Shown here: positions 33,337 through 43,866 of the stretch, piece after piece | Numbering within the stretch: the first letter of the stretch is position 1 | How the letters are laid out: every line of letters starts with the position of its first letter | Source: Chamaesiphon sp. | GTDB lineage: Bacteria; Cyanobacteriota; Cyanobacteriia; Cyanobacteriales; Chamaesiphonaceae | DNA: 64,000 nucleotides | Reading direction: 5' to 3' | NCBI GenBank assembly: GCA_965246715.1 | Contig: CBDFFH010000020.1 | Span: 64,001-128,000 of the forward strand | The notes under the pieces: generated by a model | Databases searched by the model: none | Told to the model about the DNA's origin: nothing | Seen by the model: the letters and a program-made list of their open reading frames with translations, nothing else | Translations under genes and position numbers: made by a program

Positions 33337-34245
33337 TCAAGCCGTCCGTAACCGTTTGATATCGCTGATCGGCGGCGCACCAAACATGCACGAATATTCA
33401 CGACTGAATTGCGAGGTGCTCTCATACCCCACCAGATTGGCAGCATTTGCCGCAGTAGATTGTTCGACCAGCATCAGGCGACGCGCTTCTAATAGTTTCA
33501 ATTGCTTTTGATAGTTCAATGGACTCATTGATGTCACTTGCTTAAAATGATAATGGAAAGAGGACGGAGACATCTTCGCTCGATCGGCCAAATCCTCAAT
33601 CCGCAGCCGCTTCGTAAAATCGGTTTTAATGTGTTGGATGACTTGAGCGATGCGCTGCATATTACTACCAGATGTCGCAATCTGACGGACGGCTTCGCAT
33701 TGTTCGCCCATCAGCAGGCGATAGTAAATTTCCTGAGTAATCATCGGAGCCAGCATCGGAATATCTTGCGGCGTATCCAATAGTTTTGTCAATCTCAACG
33801 CACAATCGAGCAATGATGCATCGGCTGTACTGACAAAAAAGCCTCTAACCGAAGTTTCTTTTTTACTAGCGATGATACTGGTTTGGGAGGTAATAATTTC
33901 ACCGAGTTGGCGCGGATCGAGATCGAGTTTAAACCCTAAATATGGTTGCGTTGAGGTTGCCTCAGTAATAAATCCACTAATCGGCAAATCGACGGAGAGA
34001 ATCAAATATTGAGCGGTACCATAATCATAAGTTTCCTCGCCCACTAATGCTGCTTTTTTGCCCTGAACAACGATCGCCAGCATGGGTGCGCTGACGGCGG
34101 CTAAAGTACTGGCAACACAAGACTCTCTTGCAAATTGCAACTGATCGATACTTGTCTGATGAAAACCGTCACCTTTACCTTCGGTATGGCGAGTTATCAG
34201 GGCTGCTAATTCTTGACACTGTATAGCGATTGGTTCCGTCGTCAT
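33337..34245 (-). CDS. AraC family regulator (YqhC-like)
   Basis: AIVVQGKK, EIYYRLL, MSPLNYQK, VGYESTSQFSREY. Confidence 0.92.
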   Translation of the reverse strand: MTTEPIAIQCQELAALITRHTEGKGDGFHQTSIDQLQFARESCVASTLAAVSAPMLAIVVQGKKAALVGEETYDYGTAQYLILSVDLPISGFITEATSTQPYLGFKLDLDPRQLGEIITSQTSIIASKKETSVRGFFVSTADASLLDCALRLTKLLDTPQDIPMLAPMITQEIYYRLLMGEQCEAVRQIATSGSNMQRIAQVIQHIKTDFTKRLRIEDLADRAKMSPSSFHYHFKQVTSMSPLNYQKQLKLLEARRLMLVEQSTAANAANLVGYESTSQFSREYSCMFGAPPISDIKRLRTA

Positions 34246-34543
34246 CCGGTTGTTTGACTGAATTTAATTGGCTGCCTACAAACATTGTAAAGCATCTAGA
34301 TCCAGTCCCCGATTGATCGATTTGGAGGATTAGGCAATAAATAGCGAGGTTTGTGTATTTCAAACTCCGGCTGTTATTTGTAGGATAAATATAGGCGATC
34401 GAAGCCACCCTGGCGCTCGATAGAACCAGTAGTACTGGTTCTAGTAGACTCAGCATCAATGATTAAATTAGCTCCTCGATCGATGCAGCAAGCCAATTCT
34501 AAAGCTAGAACATGAAACCTTTGCAAACACAAACGAAAAATTT

Positions 34544-34576
34544 ATGAAAGTTGTAGTAACAGGTTCGCTCGAATAT
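34544..34576 (+). pseudogene. 5' stub of an NmrA-like gene cut by ISL3
   Basis: MKVVVTGSL divergent from the AraC gene, ending at the IS terminus. Confidence 0.6.
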
Positions 34577-36009
34577 GGCTCTTCACTAGTTAGTATGCCA
34601 AGTCAATGATTAAAATGCCAACTCAGCAAGCACCTGTTGCGAAAATTTACAAAATTAGTGAATCCATATGCAGAACGTTTGATTAGCTTGAGTTTGGTAT
34701 TAATTCCTTCTACTGTTCCACTAGTTGTTCTATTGTCAAAATAAGCTAGTATTTCATCAAACCATCGATAAATTGTCGCTTGACTGTTGACAAAATACTT
34801 TTGCACTATGGAAAGCCATTCCCCTAATCTCAGTAATCCCTCAGTCCAGTTTCCCTTTCTCTCAAATATTTCTCGAAAATTTTTCTTTAATTGGTGCATT
34901 TTTCCCAGCCGACTTGATGCCTTTTTTACCTGAATCAACTTTTCTTTCTGTTCCGTATTTAAATCTTTTTCATTTTTCAATATCGCATACTTACTATTGA
35001 CTATTCCTGATAGTATGGCTGATTTTTCTGCTTTCTCTTCAGGAGCTTTCGTTTGCTTTATTTCTGCTTCTATTTTTCGCTTTTCTTTCTTTCTCCATCT
35101 AATTCTTGATTGATTTGTGCCATTACATGAAACCTATCTGCTACTATTTGAGCATTAGGTAATATTTCTGCCGCTAGACTTTTATACCCCTTCCATAGGT
35201 CTATGCTCACTTCTTCAATTCCTTCTAATACCTCTAAACCCCACCCTATCAAGACTTTTTTAATTTCTTCTTTAGTTCTTCCCTCAACGATCGCCAATAA
35301 TTTAGAACGATCTAAGTCTACTAACACTGCACAGTATTTCCCCTGCCCTTTAATCAAAGCTATTTCGTCTATCCCTAATCTTTTTAGCCCTACTGGCTTC
35401 ATTCCTAATAAATTTTTAGATGCATCTTTTAACATTCTTTCTATGTCTTTTTCTGTCACCTTTCCCTTCTTTGCTACACTACTAATGTCATCTGCTAATA
35501 CTTTCCCTATTGTCTGAGCTGCTAATCTTTTTGTATACCTTCTCCTTGACTTGACAAAATCTAATTTTTCACTAAATGGTTTCTGACATTTTTCACAGTT
35601 GAATTGTCTTCTATTTATTTCTAAAAATACAGCTTGCTCTCCCCAATTCAAATCTTTAATTATTTGTCGATGATTTTGATGTAATTTATCACTTTTTAAA
35701 CCACAGCGTTGGCACACACTTGTTTTGACGAGCGACTCAATTTCTAGTATTATTCCAATTCCTTCATGCTGGTGCTTGGAAGTTACTTTTACTCCCTCTA
35801 GGTTGAGTACTTCTGTTAGTAGTTGTAGTTCCTTTTTAGTAAACATCTTCTTTAAGTTTGTCTAAATATTACTTTCACTTAGACTATTTTTAATCATCAA
35901 ATGCTCTCTATGTCAATCATCACTGAGGTTTTCATGATAACTACATACATTTCTTGACTTTTGTTTGCCACTTTTGCTGTCGATCGAGCATACTAAGTAG
36001 TGAAGAGCC
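34577..36009 (-). mobile_element. ISL3 family element, transposase frameshifted (34603-35846)
   Basis: 22-bp TIR GGCTCTTCACTA(G/C)TTAGTATGC; LGIDEIAL, ADRFHV, VEGINTKLK. Confidence 0.92.
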
Positions 36010-36328
36010 GATTAAGACTACTCGATGTAGCTTCTATATTGAGTTTTTTCGCGAACAACATTGAGCCAGCTATGGTTCTAGTACCCATATTACAGACTAT
36101 ATTTTCACACTCTGCGATCTTCTTTCGATCTTCAATGTCTGCATTTGGTAGATCGGCGACTAGTTGGTGAAGTTCTTCGTGTGTCTTTGAGGCATGTACA
36201 GCTTCGACTCTGCTCTCAAATTCATCAAGATTGATGATGTCGGTACTGAAGGCATTGGTTAGAAAACCAATTGTTTTTTCCCTTTCCGATGGAGTCAAAT
36301 ACTTTGGCGTAGTTTTTTTTGTTTCCAT
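36010..36328 (-). pseudogene. DUF1707 (SHOCT-like) protein truncated by ISL3
   Basis: SEREKTIGFL...INLDEFESRV...LVADLP; frame runs into the IS end. Confidence 0.7.
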
Positions 36329-36356
36329 AATTGCTCCTGCTCTTGCAAAGACTTTA

Positions 36357-36905
36357 TTAGACGACATTATCGGGTGTGATGTGTTCGATTGTTTCAAATT
36401 CCACGTACTCTAGGGGCATCTCAATCTCGAAGTGTTGGCAGAGTGCTTTGACATCGCGGTAATCGTCTTCGTCAAACTCATAGCCACAATGAAACTTCAC
36501 CATCCACTCTGGGGATATACATTTTACCGGATAACCACCGATCGAACCAGTTCCCGTCAGTGACTCAAATGGATATGCAATTCCATAAACATTGTTGCCC
36601 GATCTATCGAATGTGTATGAGTGAATATCGATGTGATGTCCCTGGTTATCTCCCAGCACAAAGTTATAATCGCTCGTGTCCTGACGAGGCACTTCTCGAT
36701 AGCCTCTAGCTTCCAGCATAGCTCGGATTTGAGCCACATCTTTGTGTTCGACTGCGATGTCTAAGTCTGCATGAGTTCGGGTTTGTTTGCCCAACAAAGC
36801 ATCAACACCCCAGCCACCATCGATGTAAAGATCGATCTGATGTCGATCGAAAAGTTGCACTAGATCGAGTACATCATTAACAGTCATTTCGGGATAGTCT
36901 GTCAT
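36357..36905 (-). CDS. LinA/ANT(2'')-like nucleotidyltransferase
   Basis: IDGGWGVDALLGKQTRTHADLD. Confidence 0.88.
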   Translation of the reverse strand: MTDYPEMTVNDVLDLVQLFDRHQIDLYIDGGWGVDALLGKQTRTHADLDIAVEHKDVAQIRAMLEARGYREVPRQDTSDYNFVLGDNQGHHIDIHSYTFDRSGNNVYGIAYPFESLTGTGSIGGYPVKCISPEWMVKFHCGYEFDEDDYRDVKALCQHFEIEMPLEYVEFETIEHITPDNVV

Positions 36906-36945
36906 TATGCAGAAATCGCTTGCATTGTGCCTAGATATTAACTAA

Positions 36946-37560
36946 TTAAGTGGTGAAAACTACCTCATTTAAGGACTTTTGATATTCATTATTCGCCAGA
37001 TCGAGCATTTCTTGAAAAATCGGGGAGAAGGGACGATTGGCATCCATCGCGGCAAAATCTTCGATCGATTGCCAATGCCCAAAATTGATGCACCGCCAGC
37101 CATCAAAGCTACGATGAGCGTGAGTCGAAATCAATCCCGCTTGTCCCGATACCATTCCCAGTGCTTGTGTAAATAACTCAACAAACCGAGGCTGATACTC
37201 AGGTTGCTTCATTTTGAAAATACCAAAGTTGATAAGTCCATCCATATTGGAGGCGAGATTTAACTCGCTACCTGCGGGTTCGGATGCAAAGATTTCAAAC
37301 AAATGCACATCTGGAACGGCAAAATCTGCGAATGGCTCGGTGGCTATATAAGATGCTTTATCGCTCCATTGGATGTAACTTGTCACCCGCAACCCGTCGC
37401 GGCTACGAAACACAGAGCCAGAGGCAAATCCGACTTTTTGCGCGAGTGTAGATTCAATCTTTTGAATTGCGGATGCTACCAGATTTGCTTGCTTCTCAGG
37501 CTCTACCGGAAAGATAGCGAACTCAGCCAGTAATCCATTAGCTTTGTTAACGATCGGCAT
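36946..37560 (-). CDS. two-domain ABM-fold protein
   Basis: Repeated VFRSRDG..SYIQW and AHRSFDG..NFGHW. Confidence 0.8.
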   Translation of the reverse strand: MPIVNKANGLLAEFAIFPVEPEKQANLVASAIQKIESTLAQKVGFASGSVFRSRDGLRVTSYIQWSDKASYIATEPFADFAVPDVHLFEIFASEPAGSELNLASNMDGLINFGIFKMKQPEYQPRFVELFTQALGMVSGQAGLISTHAHRSFDGWRCINFGHWQSIEDFAAMDANRPFSPIFQEMLDLANNEYQKSLNEVVFTT

Positions 37561-37592
37561 TTGACACCTCACAAACCTGTAACTTTTCTATT

Positions 37593-38051
37593 TTACTTGT
37601 GTTTCTCCATGAAAGCGAACGACAAGGTTTCGGTAATTTTTTCATGCTTGAATATCTGGTATCCCAGCCGTTCGTAAAAACGAATGTTGCGATCGCTCTT
37701 GTGTCCCGTAAATAATTCAAACCGCTGCACCTGCTCGAAACAGGATTCGATTTGTACCATCAGCGCGGTACCAATGCCTTGCCCTTGAAAATTGGGATGA
37801 ACGATGAGTCGCTCGATCGAACAAGTATCACCCACCTGAAACCCTCTAACCGAGCCGACAATTTTGCCCTCAGCTTGAGCCTTCAAGCAAGTTTTGGTAG
37901 TGAAGTCATCTATTAACTCATCTAACGTTTGTGTGAGCGGCGGAATATTCCAGTCGTCGTACAGCCTTGCTTCACTCTGATATGCCAGCTTTTGGAGTTC
38001 GAGAATGGCTGGTGCATCTTCAGAGGAAGCGCGTGCGATCCTTTTTATCAT
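37593..38051 (-). CDS. GNAT acetyltransferase
   Basis: VHPNFQGQGIG, NIRFYERLGY. Confidence 0.92.
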   Translation of the reverse strand: MIKRIARASSEDAPAILELQKLAYQSEARLYDDWNIPPLTQTLDELIDDFTTKTCLKAQAEGKIVGSVRGFQVGDTCSIERLIVHPNFQGQGIGTALMVQIESCFEQVQRFELFTGHKSDRNIRFYERLGYQIFKHEKITETLSFAFMEKHK

Positions 38052-38087
38052 TCGATCTTTAGGCTCCTGGCAAAACAATAAAATTCT

Positions 38088-38570
38088 TTATTTTGGCACA
38101 AAGAGAGTGAATATGGCAGATGCAGCCAGAGCTGTTAACGTCCGAACGTGATTCCAGAATGTCCAAGTGACAAGGTATGCAGCCCAAACCTTCGCACCCT
38201 CAACGCTGTCTGGCTCGACTTTTGCCAGCGCATCATTTAGCGGCACATTGAATGCGATCGTCACTCCGACCGTACCGACAAGATAAAGCAAACTACCAAC
38301 TAGCAAACAGGCAGAACTGGGTTGATGCCACTTGGGCAGCAAGGTGATAATTAGCAAGATGCAAACCCCAGCAGTTCCAAGCAACGCCAACATAAACAAC
38401 GGATTAATCGCCGTAATATTAATCGATTGCATGGCGACAATCCCGCGATCGGGCTGGAGTCGAGCCAGGGCAGGCATCACAAATGTTGAAAAGGCGAAGA
38501 AGACTCCAGCAACTAGCCCGCAACCGATCGCCGCAGTAAAAGTCAGGGAAAATAGATAGCGATCTAACAT
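38088..38570 (-). CDS. DUF1772/anthrone oxygenase family membrane protein
   Basis: FAFSTFVMPAL, NVPLN, WTFWNHVRT. Confidence 0.9.
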   Translation of the reverse strand: MLDRYLFSLTFTAAIGCGLVAGVFFAFSTFVMPALARLQPDRGIVAMQSINITAINPLFMLALLGTAGVCILLIITLLPKWHQPSSACLLVGSLLYLVGTVGVTIAFNVPLNDALAKVEPDSVEGAKVWAAYLVTWTFWNHVRTLTALAASAIFTLFVPK

Positions 38571-38572
38571 CG

Positions 38573-39433
38573 TTATTTGCCTCCCCAGATGCCAGTCGCA
38601 GCCGTTTGTCGCACATAGTCGGAAAAGTCGCGCGGCGGTCGTCCGAGCGCACGCTGTACGCCATTGGCTAGCGGTGTATTCCGTCCATCGAGCACGGTGG
38701 AGAACAAATATAAGATTAGCTCGATGTAATCATCTGGAACACCTTGCCGGACAAGCTCTGCGCGGTAGTCATCGACCGAAACAGGGACGAACGCAATCTC
38801 CCGTCCCGTCACGCGGGCGATCTCGCCGATCGCATCGGAGAAGGTTAAGGCTTTTGAGCCAGTAATCTCGTAGAGCTGACGCGAGTGTTGCGGATCTGTG
38901 AGTGCGGCAACAGCGATATCGGCAATGTCATCGACATCGATAAATGGCTCTGCGACTGACTCCACCACAGGCAATGTAACCTGCCCAGTCAGTATCGGAT
39001 CGAGGAAAAAACTTTCGCTGAAATTCTGGAAGAACCAGCTCGATCGCAAGATCGTCCAATCCACGCTAGTCGCCTGGAGTAACCGTTCCGCCTGTTCTGC
39101 CTCCACTTCGCCCCGACCCGAAAGTAGTACCAGCTTTTCCACGCCACAGGCGATCGCTCGATCGAAGAACGCCTGTATAGTTTCAAGGGCACCAGGCACT
39201 GCTAGATCGGGTTGATAAGCAACGTAGGCAGCCTTCACATCTTGTAGTGCCCGATCCCAACTGTCCGGTTGCTCCCAATCGAAGGGTAATTCTGCTGTCC
39301 GCGAGCCGATTCGCACTTGGCGACCAGCATCGAGCAGTCGAGCTGCCACCCTGCGACCTGTCTTCCCTGTAACACCGATAACCAAGGTTATGCCCTTACT
39401 CCAATGTTCGTTTGTCATCTTTTTTGGCTCCAT
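38573..39433 (-). CDS. NmrA/NAD(P)H-binding protein
   Basis: GVTGKTG, WFFQNFSE. Confidence 0.9.
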   Translation of the reverse strand: MEPKKMTNEHWSKGITLVIGVTGKTGRRVAARLLDAGRQVRIGSRTAELPFDWEQPDSWDRALQDVKAAYVAYQPDLAVPGALETIQAFFDRAIACGVEKLVLLSGRGEVEAEQAERLLQATSVDWTILRSSWFFQNFSESFFLDPILTGQVTLPVVESVAEPFIDVDDIADIAVAALTDPQHSRQLYEITGSKALTFSDAIGEIARVTGREIAFVPVSVDDYRAELVRQGVPDDYIELILYLFSTVLDGRNTPLANGVQRALGRPPRDFSDYVRQTAATGIWGGK

Positions 39434-39647
39434 TTGCCGATCGAGAATGCGTAATCGGCGATTCGATTTCCTGTCGATCGCGCAGCGTCGGCTTTGCTGA
39501 ATCGATTACCATTCCAGCTTAGGGAAACGACAACTTTTCCACTATCTGATTCTTGTGAAACTAACAAAATCTTGCGGGCAATTCTCAGCATGTTTGAGGA
39601 AATGCGAAAATGAAGATAATCAGATCTAGACGAATGGGGTTTACATT

Positions 39648-40523
39648 ATGAAGCCGATTGCTAGCCATCAGATTATCTGTACCAGCCAGCCCCTGTTTTC
39701 GAGTCAAATTCAGACTTGGGAGCAGATCCTCGTTGAAGAATTTCATCATCCAGCGGGTGAGGGAAAAATGCTCTACCCCAACGAACATGTCATTTGTTTG
39801 TCCCTTGCGCCCCGTCCGGTGCGGTTGCTGCAAATTCAGGGAGACAAGTCCTATACCGGACTATATGGAAAGGGCGATCTGTCGATCGCGCCTGCTGCTG
39901 CACCCTTTTTTGCACGGTGGGACAGTGACGATCGCTTCTTGCAGATACGGATTGACTCTGGGTTTATGGCGCAGGTTGCCACAGAAGCACTGGCGATGAA
40001 TTTAGATCGGCTGGAAGTAATTCCCACATTTCGGACTCGCGATCCTCAACTTGAGGCGATCGCGATGTTACTACTGACCGAACTCAAACAAGAAAATCTA
40101 GCTAGTAGGCTGTATATTGACTCTCTAGCGAATGTGTTGGCGGTACAATTACTCAGACAATACTCAGCATCGAAACCACAACTTTCGGTTTATGAAGGCG
40201 GATTGCCACCGCGTCAATTGCAACAAATATTGGACTACATCCACGCGCATCTAGAGCGAGATATCAAACTGGCAGATTTGGCGGGATCGATTGGGATGAG
40301 TCAATTTCACTTTAGCCATCTGTTTAAGCAATCGATTGGCACATCTCCTTACCAATATCTGCTCCAGCAGCGGATCGAACGGGCGAAACAGTTGTTAAAA
40401 CAGACAGATCGATCGATTGTCGATATTGCTTTTGGCTGTGGATTTAATAGTCACAGTCATTTAAGTAAACAGTTTCGACAGCTTACAGGCATGACACCCA
40501 CCAGATATCGATCGAGCTACTAG
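39648..40523 (+). CDS. AraC family regulator
   Basis: KLADLAGSIGMSQFHF, CGFNSHSHL; divergent from the NmrA/DUF1772 operon. Confidence 0.92.
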   Translation: MKPIASHQIICTSQPLFSSQIQTWEQILVEEFHHPAGEGKMLYPNEHVICLSLAPRPVRLLQIQGDKSYTGLYGKGDLSIAPAAAPFFARWDSDDRFLQIRIDSGFMAQVATEALAMNLDRLEVIPTFRTRDPQLEAIAMLLLTELKQENLASRLYIDSLANVLAVQLLRQYSASKPQLSVYEGGLPPRQLQQILDYIHAHLERDIKLADLAGSIGMSQFHFSHLFKQSIGTSPYQYLLQQRIERAKQLLKQTDRSIVDIAFGCGFNSHSHLSKQFRQLTGMTPTRYRSSY

Positions 40524-40903
40524 CTATTAATGTCTGATTCAAAAATTGCATCGAAACCCAGAACTAGACAAACAGCCTTCTTTATTTCGCCCCAGTACTT
40601 GTCCTCTAACTTTCCTAACTTATTATCGATGCGGCGATTGTCAACAACTCTCATCTGTTCGAGGTGAATCCCTCTGGTTTCATCTAGTCCATTCGCCACC
40701 GTTGCTTCAATATCGACAACAAAAGGATAAGCTTTGGAGCTTTTTAACAAGGGAGCTACCATCGTTGTATCAGAGAGCGTGTTGCCTACATCATTTTGAA
40801 GGATTACACAGGGTCGCTTTTTAGCTGTTTCGCTGCCTACTGTCGGATCTAAATTCACCCACCAGATCTCGCCGCGCTTGTACCGCAGCTCGCCACTAGG
40901 CAT
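40520..40903 (-). CDS. PemK/MazF family toxin
   Basis: KRGEIWWVNLDPTVGSE.KKRP, EQMRVVD. Confidence 0.92.
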   Translation of the reverse strand: MPSGELRYKRGEIWWVNLDPTVGSETAKKRPCVILQNDVGNTLSDTTMVAPLLKSSKAYPFVVDIEATVANGLDETRGIHLEQMRVVDNRRIDNKLGKLEDKYWGEIKKAVCLVLGFDAIFESDINS

Positions 40904-41120
40904 CGATACCATCTCCCACCGTAACATTCCACAACTCAATCTCCGCCTGATATTCAGGATTGTTAGCTAGTTCGGTATAGGCATCGGCCAACTCTTGCAA
41001 ACAGCGTCTCTTTTTTTCTCTGGACAATATTTCGTTGATAAATTGACTGCGATTTTGGCTCGATCGATCTACAAACTCCAACACATCTCGATCGAGTGTA
41101 ATGCTCACTTTCGCGCTCAT
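40896..41120 (-). CDS. RHH (CopG/MazE-type) antitoxin
   Basis: KVSITLD...NRSQFINE...WNVTVGDGI; overlaps the toxin start. Confidence 0.88.
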   Translation of the reverse strand: MSAKVSITLDRDVLEFVDRSSQNRSQFINEILSREKKRRCLQELADAYTELANNPEYQAEIELWNVTVGDGIDA

Positions 41121-41180
41121 AACTGAATCCTACTAACTGGTAAGACAATAATATCTTAACACGTTAGCAACCGCACCTAC

Positions 41181-41227
41181 TAACGCAAGTTGCTAGTTAT
41201 ATTCGCAGTAACTAGCAACTTACGTTA
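41181..41227. repeat. 19-bp inverted repeat between two TA modules
   Basis: TAACGCAAGTTGCTAGTTA-N9-TAACTAGCAACTTACGTTA, one mismatch. Confidence 0.7.
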
Positions 41228-41249
41228 CTAGATGGCAAAGCTATCGAGC

Positions 41250-41355
41250 GATTGTAGTCAGAGCTAATAATTATCGCTGGACGAGTTTTCTGAATTTCTG
41301 CACCGATAGTTGGATCTAGATTAACCAGCCAGATTTCACCACGTTTAGGGAGCAT
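41250..41355 (-). pseudogene. truncated second PemK/MazF toxin
   Basis: MLPKRGEIWLVNLDPTIGAEIQKTRPAIIISSD, after which similarity is lost. Confidence 0.85.
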
Positions 41356-41635
41356 AGATTTCGGCGATATCAAGGTTAATCCATTCTTCCCATTCGGCTT
41401 TGTGCTCTTGGTAGTAAGGTAGAGCTGTTTCGGCTTGCTGTGCTAAGATGCGTCTGCGTTCTTCGATCGATAGCTTAAGAAAAGATCGTCGATCGATGGA
41501 TTTAGGGTTGGATTCTAAAGCATCGGGGATAATCAAGATAACTTCGATCGTTTGTCCGATCGGAATGTTCGGCAGATCGATTTCTAGTCGATTGCCTGCT
41601 TGAATCGTGGTGGTAATATAGCGGGTTTGTTTCAT
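41345..41635 (-). CDS. putative antitoxin of the truncated toxin
   Basis: 96 aa, overlaps the toxin stub start; FLKLSIEERRRIL. Confidence 0.7.
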   Translation of the reverse strand: MKQTRYITTTIQAGNRLEIDLPNIPIGQTIEVILIIPDALESNPKSIDRRSFLKLSIEERRRILAQQAETALPYYQEHKAEWEEWINLDIAEIYAP

Positions 41636-41731
41636 TTCGATAGCTTATACTCACTTGCCTCTATTGTAGGTTTGTATGTCATGAAAGTGGTGGCGTTGTG
41701 GCTCCAGGTTTGCTAGGAAAAGTCCCTAACG

Positions 41732-42055
41732 TCAATCGAATCGACCTTTGAATGGGTTGGGATACAAAGCAGCTTGGCTTTCGATCCCAACTTCCAATCG
41801 ACAATCAGAACGCGCATACGCCACGCACAATAACACGTAGCCAGCAGCAATTTGGGCTGGCTTGAGACACCGTTCGCCAGATCGTTCGACTTCACCTGAG
41901 ATTAATTTGGCAGCACAACTAATACAAACACCATCCCGACAACCCACAGGCAATCGCAATCCCGATGCTTCGATCTCATCTAAAATCCGGACATCGGGAG
42001 CGACATCAATAACAATCCCGCCCCGATTTACCAACTCAACTCGATGTGTATCCAT
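41732..42055 (-). CDS. 2Fe-2S ferredoxin
   Basis: CRDGVCISC...LLC. Confidence 0.92.
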   Translation of the reverse strand: MDTHRVELVNRGGIVIDVAPDVRILDEIEASGLRLPVGCRDGVCISCAAKLISGEVERSGERCLKPAQIAAGYVLLCVAYARSDCRLEVGIESQAALYPNPFKGRFD

Positions 42056-43423
42056 CTAAATCCAAATATCTGAAGTACAATCGCCGCCGGGATAGCGCAT
42101 CTCATGTGCGCGTGCAGCACCTTGGGGTTCGCGCCCAAAATCGATGTAAAAATCTTCGTTAATTGAGAGTCCACCTTTATTGGTATCGCAATCGATCTGC
42201 AACATGTACGAGCCAGTTTGATTCATGTCTGGGTAAAATTGATTATCCCAAGTGCTAAACAATGAACTCGTGACATACAGCCGCTTGCCATCCAAACTCA
42301 ATTGCAGCATTTGGGGGCCACCGGAGAGCTGATGCCCTTTAATTTCACCGCCTTGCCCTAGCAAGCCACCACACCACACTTGCCCGACTAATTGCGGCTG
42401 GGCGGGATTGCTGATGTCATACTGGCGAATATCTCCATGCAACCAATTGGAAAAATAGAGATAGCGATCGTCCATCGAGATTAACAAATCTGTGATCAGC
42501 GAGGGCACGGGAAAATCCCAGCCCGCCAACTCGACAGATGGTACATCGACAACTTTACGAACTTGCCAATCGCCATTATCTCGATGCCAATGCCAAATAT
42601 TGCTACTCAAAGCCGCCCCTACATAGCCGTGAGTGCTATCGGGATGGTGATGAAAGCGGACTTCTAACGGAATCAATCCCTCCGCACCCAGATCCACCGT
42701 TTGGAGCACTTCGCGTTTTTGCCAGTCCCAAAAGTGCAAATGTTGCCCGTAATTACCCGCTGAGACATCATTAAGATCGAAGCCAGGATAGAAGGTTTTA
42801 GGTGCCGCCCATTCGCTACTGACCATCACATTGTGACGCGGTTGGTACCAGAAGTCATAGTTAAACTCGATCGAATTGGGTTGCTGCTCCCAGCGTCCGG
42901 AAATGTCAAAGTTTTCATCTAATAACAAAAAACCACCTGGTGCATTACCCTGAGCATCACCGAGCATCGATATCATAATTTGACTGGTTGCCAAACAGTG
43001 AACCGTATGCGGAGCCGTCAAATTGGTTTTCGCTTTAATCTCTTCTGGCTCGATGATTTTGTGAATTTTGGGTGCTTTGCTGTCAGCAGTATCGATGATA
43101 TAAATCCGACTAGAACGAATGCCCGGAATCACCAAAAATCGCCGCGCTTTACTCGCATCTTCATGACAGGAGCTACAGGCATTCCAGCCAAAATGATGTA
43201 GTTCGTCACCGATATACGGCATCGGGAGACGGTGAATTACTTGGGAATAGGTGGGCGAGTCGGGATCGCTATCGATCGTGGCGAGATAGTCTGGTGCTTG
43301 GATGCCCGTGCCAGTATACAGCGCGATCGTATATAACAATTTCTCCCGCTCTGCTGTCATCGCAGCTTGCGGAGAGGCATAACCAGGGCCACAACATTGA
43401 TGTGCCATATTTTTATGCTCCAA
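42056..43423 (-). CDS. selenium-binding protein 56 (methanethiol oxidase-like)
   Basis: CCGPGYASP, GDELHHFGWNACSSC, GGPQMLQLSLDG, GGDCTSDIW. Confidence 0.93.
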   Translation of the reverse strand: MEHKNMAHQCCGPGYASPQAAMTAEREKLLYTIALYTGTGIQAPDYLATIDSDPDSPTYSQVIHRLPMPYIGDELHHFGWNACSSCHEDASKARRFLVIPGIRSSRIYIIDTADSKAPKIHKIIEPEEIKAKTNLTAPHTVHCLATSQIMISMLGDAQGNAPGGFLLLDENFDISGRWEQQPNSIEFNYDFWYQPRHNVMVSSEWAAPKTFYPGFDLNDVSAGNYGQHLHFWDWQKREVLQTVDLGAEGLIPLEVRFHHHPDSTHGYVGAALSSNIWHWHRDNGDWQVRKVVDVPSVELAGWDFPVPSLITDLLISMDDRYLYFSNWLHGDIRQYDISNPAQPQLVGQVWCGGLLGQGGEIKGHQLSGGPQMLQLSLDGKRLYVTSSLFSTWDNQFYPDMNQTGSYMLQIDCDTNKGGLSINEDFYIDFGREPQGAARAHEMRYPGGDCTSDIWI

Positions 43424-43866
43424 TTTGATGGTATTGATGAAGTCCGATTCCAGTATTAACGGTATTCCGATTCAAATATCGTAGTAGTTATCGATCCTCA
43501 CAAATTTCTAGCTAAAAAGCAAGGTTCAATGCACGGATTTATGAAGTAGATAGACCTGCTAATACGATCCGATCCAGCATTACCAGCTAGGGTTTGAGTA
43601 GCATTGGAACCAAAAACTGGGTTGAGGATTTTAGATCGATCTCGATCGATGCTAGGGTTGGCGTAACTCCTGGACAATATCGCCAACACATGTAAAATTA
43701 ATCATTCTTTGTTTTTTGTGATGTTGACTGAGGTAGTGTTATCGATCGATCTGAGAAGCCGAGGTAATAATCGAGCGTTGCTCAGATCGGTTGATTCGTT
43801 AGACACATTAACAAGCTCGAAAACGTACTATAATCTTCATAAAAATTAGAGCGCGGAGATTTTGGC

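Noticed and set aside
35060..35100. Programmed frameshift in the ISL3 transposase
   Set aside because: ISL3 transposases are normally single ORFs; an indel in the A-rich tract is the simpler explanation.
43657..43687. GTTGGCG...CGCCAAC, a possible decayed micro-element
   Set aside because: Stems not preserved and left flank is GG rather than CG; too degenerate to call.
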